From the NCBI GenBank assembly GCA_964455675.1, contig CAYVYK010000003.1, positions 1 through 64,000 of the forward strand: a DNA stretch of 64,000 nucleotides, written 5' to 3'. The translations under genes and the position numbers were made by a program. Below are positions 58,664 through 64,000 of this stretch, piece by piece; within the stretch, counting starts at the first letter, position 1; the number at the start of each line of letters is the position of its first letter. The notes under the pieces were generated by a model, which saw only the letters and a list, made by a program, of their open reading frames with translations, had not been told where the DNA came from and ran no database searches. Source of the DNA: an uncultured Methanosarcinales archaeon (GTDB lineage: Archaea > Nanobdellota > Nanobdellia > Woesearchaeales > CAYVYK01).

Positions 58664-60104
58664 TCTCCGGGCGGGTGTACGACTGTTCGCAGTAATGACA
58701 ACGCAGCAGCAACGGGTCCCTACGCTCGAGCGTGAAATAACTGGGTGCATTCTCGCCGGTCTTGTTCGAGATGCAATTGTCATTGACGCACGTCAAAATC
58801 CCATGAAGCTCGCCTGGCACATTCACGCGACCCTTCCGCACCACGCGACCATCCTGAATGATATTAATCGTCGCGCGTGTCGTCACTAGGCCAATCCTCT
58901 GCAAATCGTCCTCCGACAGTTCCTTACCGTGAATAGCAATGACATCCTTACGACCGTACCTGGTGCTTCTAATGTTAAACGGCGGAACAACCTCCACGTC
59001 ACGCTCCTTATGCAAGCCAAGCAGTGTCAGAACGCGCATCCCAGCACCCTGCTCGAGATGATCAATGAGGGTGCCATTATCGAGGCGATACAAGAGGTTT
59101 TCTCCGCGCTTGTCACCACCCGGAATCGGAAGATCCTGCCATAAGCTGTTCTCAGGAGCTGGTCGGGGAATACCTTCATAACCTTCACCAATAGATCGGG
59201 CCATCAGTGCCATTCTTGTTGGAACACCATTTGCTGACTCCTGATCGAACCATGCGTTTGGGAGTTTCTGCACATCAGGCGTAATCTCTGGCTGATGCAT
59301 GTAAATCGGCTGGGGGTGCAGAATCACAATCGGAAGGCCACGCACACGATCCGCGGTGAGCTGCAAGGATTTCGTGACACGTTCATACTCCTCGCGGCCT
59401 TCCCTTGTGTCAGCAAACCACTCCTTTTGCACTCGCGTCATGTAGACAACATGGCATGCCCTCAGCGCCTCATTTAGGTCATCAGTGCGAACAACCTTCT
59501 TCCCGGTTGCCTCCTCATAGTCGCGAATGCGCCAGGCAGGCATCTGCACAATTTCCGGAGCGACGAGCCAGGGTTCAATATCATAACGCTCACACGCGTG
59601 GAGGAATGAGTGTACCGTACGACCGTACTTCAAATCACCTACTAACGCCACCTTAATCCCATCAAGCCTTCCGACCGCCTCCGTTATTGTGACGAGATCA
59701 AGAGCCGTTTGTGACGGATGACTGTTATACCCATCACCACCATTGATAACTGGTATTTTGAATACATCAGCCATCAGCCTCGCAGAGCCAGCTACCGGAT
59801 GACGCAGCACGAGAAGATCAGCACCATATCCAATGTACTGCTGGGCGGTACGTTCTAAGCATTCTCCTTTTGCAACAGAGGAAGCCTCGGGACCTGCCAT
59901 ACCACGAACAAACGCGCCAAGCCTTATTGCAGCAATCTCAGAACTCTCGCGCGTCCTCGTCGAATGCTGGTAGAACAATGATGCCACCATTTTATCCTCG
60001 AGCGGACGACTAGCTCTCCGATTACCTTTGTATTGCAGCGCCTCTGCTATAATCATGTCCAAGTCATGCCTGGAGAAGTCTCGGATTGTTATGACGTTTT
60101 TCAT
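58647..60104 (-). CDS. pyrBI: Aspartate carbamoyltransferase, fused catalytic + regulatory chains
   Basis: STRT, HPSQ, GDLKYGRTVHS, YMTRVQKE, then NGTLIDH, C.NDNCIS and RCHYCE Zn site. Confidence 0.92.
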   Translation of the reverse strand: MKNVITIRDFSRHDLDMIIAEALQYKGNRRASRPLEDKMVASLFYQHSTRTRESSEIAAIRLGAFVRGMAGPEASSVAKGECLERTAQQYIGYGADLLVLRHPVAGSARLMADVFKIPVINGGDGYNSHPSQTALDLVTITEAVGRLDGIKVALVGDLKYGRTVHSFLHACERYDIEPWLVAPEIVQMPAWRIRDYEEATGKKVVRTDDLNEALRACHVVYMTRVQKEWFADTREGREEYERVTKSLQLTADRVRGLPIVILHPQPIYMHQPEITPDVQKLPNAWFDQESANGVPTRMALMARSIGEGYEGIPRPAPENSLWQDLPIPGGDKRGENLLYRLDNGTLIDHLEQGAGMRVLTLLGLHKERDVEVVPPFNIRSTRYGRKDVIAIHGKELSEDDLQRIGLVTTRATINIIQDGRVVRKGRVNVPGELHGILTCVNDNCISNKTGENAPSYFTLERRDPLLLRCHYCEQSYTRPEIRLKE

Positions 60105-60163
60105 TAAAAAAATAGGAGAGTGACATTCCGTATAAAAAGATTTATTGTATCCAACCCGGAACA

Positions 60164-61351
60164 CTATCTCGCGAGTTTTTGTAGGATCTGTATTTTATCC
60201 TGACGTTCCCAAGGAAACTGAGAACGACCAAAATGTCCGTACGTGGCAGTGTCCCGGTATGACCAACCAGAAGGATGACAAAGGCTAAGATGCTCGATTA
60301 ACGCAGCGGGTTTTAGCGGGAATACACTACGCACTATCTCTGCAAGTTTGTCATCCGAACACCCCGTTGCTGTTCCAAAGCTATTCACCATCACTGATAC
60401 AGGATCCGCGACTCCTATGGCATAGGCAAGCTGAACCTCGCACACTTTAGCCAGACCTGCACCAACGACATTGCACGCAATGTACCTTGCCATGTAGGCT
60501 GCGGACCGGTCAACTTTTGAAGGGTCCTTCCCCGAAAATGCGCCTCCCCCGTGGCCTGCACGGTACCTACATGAACCTCCACCATATGTATCAACAATGA
60601 TCTTCCTACCTGTCAATCCTGTATCGCCCACTGGTCCACCCACGACAAAACTCCCTGAAGGATTAATAAAATATTTTGTTTCCGGGCGAAGCCATGTACC
60701 CGCAACTGGGCGTATAACGTTCGCCATAATATATCCATGAAGCGATTCCTGAGACAAGTGGGGGCTATGCTGAGCAGAAACAACAACCGTATCAATACCC
60801 AGTGGAGAACCATCGGCATCGTACTCCACAGTAACCTGGGTTTTTCCGTCAGGCCGCAGATGTGGGATATCACCCATCATTCGAACCAGATGCAGCTTTT
60901 GCGCGAGCTGATGAGCAAGCATAATCGGCAAGGGCATTACCTCGCGCGTCTCGTCAATCGCAAAACCAAACATCATACCCTGGTCACCAGCGCCCTGCTC
61001 CTCGCCTGACTTGACCGCAGCGGCAATCTCTTGCGACTGTGTTTTTAAATGATTCTGAATGTGCACGGTATCATACGCGAAACCAAGGTCACGATTAATG
61101 TATCCAATTCTTCGAATAGTGTCGCGCGCAATCTGCTCGACAGGTAGGCGATCAAGGCCACCCTTCCATGTGATCTCTCCACCGATCACCACATCATTTG
61201 CTCCTGTGCAGAATACATTGCATGCGACGTGTCCACTTGGGTCGTTCTCCAAGACGTAATCAAGAATCGCGTCAGAAATCTGGTCAGCAATCTTGTCGGG
61301 ATGGCCGGCTGTCACACTTTCACTTGTGAATAGATGCTTCTGTGCTGCCAT
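60164..61351 (-). CDS. metK: S-adenosylmethionine synthetase, bacterial type
   Basis: FTSESVTAGHPDK, GAGDQG, GLTGRKIIVDTYGG, GGGAFSGKD. Confidence 0.96.
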   Translation of the reverse strand: MAAQKHLFTSESVTAGHPDKIADQISDAILDYVLENDPSGHVACNVFCTGANDVVIGGEITWKGGLDRLPVEQIARDTIRRIGYINRDLGFAYDTVHIQNHLKTQSQEIAAAVKSGEEQGAGDQGMMFGFAIDETREVMPLPIMLAHQLAQKLHLVRMMGDIPHLRPDGKTQVTVEYDADGSPLGIDTVVVSAQHSPHLSQESLHGYIMANVIRPVAGTWLRPETKYFINPSGSFVVGGPVGDTGLTGRKIIVDTYGGGSCRYRAGHGGGAFSGKDPSKVDRSAAYMARYIACNVVGAGLAKVCEVQLAYAIGVADPVSVMVNSFGTATGCSDDKLAEIVRSVFPLKPAALIEHLSLCHPSGWSYRDTATYGHFGRSQFPWERQDKIQILQKLAR

Positions 61352-61438
61352 CACCCTCGATAGTACAAATCTGCTTAAAAAACTTGCGAAATGTACCCCC
61401 TTAACAGTGGTTAATTACTCTCTTTGGGATTATGATTA

Positions 61439-62227
61439 CTACCACTTACGATGGAGCCTCAGAATACGTACGAGATCACCATGAATGGACGGGGTTGCAG
61501 CAATGAACCCTTTCGTCGTCCGATCATACCTCTGGTCATTCCCGTTGAGGTCAGTGCAGATCCCTCCTGCCTCCTCGATAATGACCTTAATTGCCGCCAC
61601 ATCGTGCGCATGCGGCCAAAGAAAAATCAATCCTTGGAGTTTGCCGCACGCCGCAAGCACTCCCATATACACCACGGAACCCATATCCCACGGCCAATAA
61701 TCTTTGACAATGTCTCCCATCACTGGGCCAATCTTCACCAGCGGGGATTCACCAATTGATATCCCGATGGGACTACGTATCCTCTGCAGATTGTCATCGA
61801 CGCGAATCTTCGCGTTATTCTTGAACGCCCCATGCCCCTTCACTGCTGTATACATCTCATCCCTGAATGGATCATATGCCACACCAAGCACTGGAACACC
61901 ATCCTTTACGAGAGCAAGACTAAATGTACTCACTGGAATACCGAGCGCAAAGGGGAGAGTTCCGTCAATAGGATCGCACACCCAGGCAAAAGAAGAACCT
62001 TTCACTAGAAAAGATTCCTCCTCGCCAATAATCGAATGCGACGGAAATCCTTCTCGAATACTCTGGATTACCATACCGTTAATAGCCTTGTCAGTTTTTG
62101 TGACGATCGTTCTATCAGCCTTGGTTTCAGAATCAACACGTTCACTAAACCCAGAAATCATCATCTTACCTGCAAGCTTCGCGATATCCTTCGCGGTATG
62201 CAGTTCCTTATGGTACTCCGCTAACAT
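61439..62227 (-). CDS. Inositol monophosphatase family
   Basis: IVT.TD, GEE, WVCDPIDGT, HDVAA..II.EAGG. Confidence 0.92.
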   Translation of the reverse strand: MLAEYHKELHTAKDIAKLAGKMMISGFSERVDSETKADRTIVTKTDKAINGMVIQSIREGFPSHSIIGEEESFLVKGSSFAWVCDPIDGTLPFALGIPVSTFSLALVKDGVPVLGVAYDPFRDEMYTAVKGHGAFKNNAKIRVDDNLQRIRSPIGISIGESPLVKIGPVMGDIVKDYWPWDMGSVVYMGVLAACGKLQGLIFLWPHAHDVAAIKVIIEEAGGICTDLNGNDQRYDRTTKGFIAATPSIHGDLVRILRLHRKW

Positions 62228-62299
62228 TCCTTTACCCTTATCACTTGGCTTTGTGCCATTTTACTACATCATCAAAATTCATTCAATACTTCAGCCCAA

Positions 62300-62372
62300 A
62301 GCCTCCGGCGGGAGTTGCACCCGCGACCTCAGCCTTACCAAGGCTGCGCAATAGCTACTATGCTACGGAGGC
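62300..62372 (-). tRNA. tRNA-Thr(GGT)
   Basis: GCCTCCG/CGGAGGC acceptor, CAGCC-TTGGTAA-GGCTG anticodon arm; variant T-loop TGCAACT. Confidence 0.88.
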
Positions 62373-62376
62373 GAAT

Positions 62377-62476
62377 NNNNNNNNNNNNNNNNNNNNNNNN
62401 NNNNNNNNNNNNNNNNNNNNNNNNNNNNNNNNNNNNNNNNNNNNNNNNNNNNNNNNNNNNNNNNNNNNNNNNNNNN
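62377..62476. other. Assembly gap (100 N)
   Basis: N run; 18 nt duplicated on both sides. Confidence 0.99.
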
Positions 62477-62530
62477 TATGCTACGGAGGCGAATGCCGTT
62501 TGAGGGTTCCGAGCATTATTTAAAGGTTAC

Positions 62531-63016
62531 TTAGGGCAGAACTTGGATGAAGAGCTTATCTGTCATCACTACACCCTCGGCCGAAGCCATAACCTCACAG
62601 GGATATATTTCGTTCTTTGCGATTGGACCGGGTATCACTGGAATTGCAGCATGAGACACACCGTTTGCCGCTAGCTTGATATTTGAAACAGGAACATGGA
62701 AATCCTCCTCGATACCCTGCGCATCCAGACATCGCACTGTGACAGTATAGAGAGCCTCGTGGTCAAATACATTTCTGACTGCAACAAGAAACTCAGTGCT
62801 CTCTCCTTTTTTTGCCTTAACAACATACGGAAATAATTTGATCGTCAGAGTCTGTGCCTTAAGTTGGGCTATCAATCCGTCCTGATCACCAATCGGTTTT
62901 TGCGAAACCGCAACCGTGCTGCCATCATCTTTTCTTCGAATCTTGTAATCGTCAGCAGGTTCACAGGAGCAAAGCAGAATCAATAAGGTGATCAGCATTA
63001 TAACTTTCAAACGCAT
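62531..63016 (-). CDS. Hypothetical lipoprotein with Ig-like domain
   Basis: LCSC lipobox, beta-rich C-terminus. Confidence 0.7.
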   Translation of the reverse strand: MRLKVIMLITLLILLCSCEPADDYKIRRKDDGSTVAVSQKPIGDQDGLIAQLKAQTLTIKLFPYVVKAKKGESTEFLVAVRNVFDHEALYTVTVRCLDAQGIEEDFHVPVSNIKLAANGVSHAAIPVIPGPIAKNEIYPCEVMASAEGVVMTDKLFIQVLP

Positions 63017-63095
63017 ATCCTGCCACTGGCTTTTTAACCATATAAAGATACCGGTCAGTACGAAGATTTATTAACTCTCAAAAGGACCCCTCCGC

Positions 63096-64000
63096 ATGCG
63101 CTTGCTGCTTGCCTTGCTCATTTTTCTCGTCGTCATGACTGGATGTTTCTCGCGAGAGTATACCCTGCCAAACCTACGAACACCAACCCCCGAACCATCG
63201 GTACAAGAGCACACGCCTTACGCACTACTTGTAGGCTCGCACTTTGGATGGGTGCAACTCGAACAGCTCAACAACAGCAATTTTACGATAAACAACGGAG
63301 GATATCTTCGGCAGTATCCGGGAAATTTTCTATGGCAGAAAATCGAACTTGTTAAGGGATCGTACGAATTCTCGCAAAGCGATGATGCGGTAAGGCGAGC
63401 CCAGGATATGAACAAAATAATTATCCCACAGATCTGGCCACTCAACCGCATCGATCAAACAGTATGCAGACCAAAAGCAGTACCAGCTTGCGAAGCGTCT
63501 GAATACGATATCTTCATCAAGCGCCAGAAAGACTATTACCTGCCGACGGACCGATGCGCTCCATGCAACCTCACTCAATACACAGAATTCGTCATGACGA
63601 CAGTTGAGAGGTATGATGGGGATGGCAGAGAGGACATGCCAGGACTCATATATCCCCTCAAGCAATGGGAGTTCTACGATAGACCAGAGATCCACAGCGA
63701 GGTTGTCACTTTCTTTGCCGGAAGCAGGGAAGAATACCGAGAAATGATCAAAGCCACCCATGACGGCATGAAACGTGCGTGCGCAGATTGCGAGCTTTTG
63801 CACTCAGCAATACCTGGCATCACCGACGATATCATCACCTACTGGAAGGATGTCTACAACGACAGAACATTCGATATATCCAATCTTCAGTCATATGATT
63901 CAGCAGGAGACCTTGGCGTATCATCATTCCGCGCAGCCTTTCCCGGTCATGATATCATATGGATAACCCGTACACTTCCCAGCAGCGGAGACACAGAATC
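63096..64000 (+). CDS. Lipoprotein with clan GH-A (GH5/GH39-like) barrel; 3' partial, absent from ORF track
   Basis: Manual translation MRLLLALLIFLVVMTGC...WQKIE..KGSYEF...VERYDGDGREDMPGL..PLKQWEFYDRPE...IWITR, open to window end. Confidence 0.8.
   Translation, partial: MRLLLALLIFLVVMTGCFSREYTLPNLRTPTPEPSVQEHTPYALLVGSHFGWVQLEQLNNSNFTINNGGYLRQYPGNFLWQKIELVKGSYEFSQSDDAVRRAQDMNKIIIPQIWPLNRIDQTVCRPKAVPACEASEYDIFIKRQKDYYLPTDRCAPCNLTQYTEFVMTTVERYDGDGREDMPGLIYPLKQWEFYDRPEIHSEVVTFFAGSREEYREMIKATHDGMKRACADCELLHSAIPGITDDIITYWKDVYNDRTFDISNLQSYDSAGDLGVSSFRAAFPGHDIIWITRTLPSSGDTE

Noticed and set aside
61352..61438. SAM riboswitch before metK (and SAH riboswitch before ahcY)
   Set aside because: Short AT-rich leaders with no recognisable aptamer motif.
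62359..62494. 18-nt duplication around the N gap as a second tRNA-Thr or att site
   Set aside because: Identical overlap on both sides of a 100-N gap is best explained as an unmerged contig overlap.
63330..63803. 157-aa minus-strand ORF
   Set aside because: Antisense shadow of the plus-strand lipoprotein starting at 63096.

Overview
Archaeal chromosomal window, most consistent with a DPANN/Woesearchaeota-like genome. That is inferred from archaeal PheS/PheT, Rpo6, AglB, Orc1/Cdc6, BHB-intron tRNAs, TATA boxes about 25 nt upstream of many starts, and a 'KAQ' class-III-type signal protein. Housekeeping content: cysS, pyrH, secDF, pheST, oapABC-like GTPase cluster, transketolase, cdc6, tsaC, rpoK. 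There are five tRNAs (Ser-GCT with intron, iMet, Pro-CGG, Trp-CCA with intron, Thr-GGT). An aglB-led N-glycosylation cluster is divergent from a ~10.5 kb run of four surface-protein genes, one carrying an exact 240-bp Cys/Asp-rich tandem repeat. The window also has tRNA-modification genes (queA, SAMP + NcsA/TtuA), an SAH-recycling module (PfkB kinase, Lrp, ahcY), and bacterial-type metK beside a PyrB-PyrI fusion. No CRISPR array, transposase, integrase or rRNA was seen, and no clear novel multi-gene system was demonstrated. The most striking signals are: (i) the tRNA-Trp intron, a C/D guide for its own C34/C39 with an apparently permuted box layout and a possible splice-dependent structural switch; (ii) a GH-A-like lipoprotein, missing from the ORF track, with both putative catalytic Glu replaced by Arg; (iii) queA and bacterial MetK in an archaeon; (iv) two unannotated small ORFs with Shine-Dalgarno sites. 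All protein family calls come from motif recognition by eye, not database searches.
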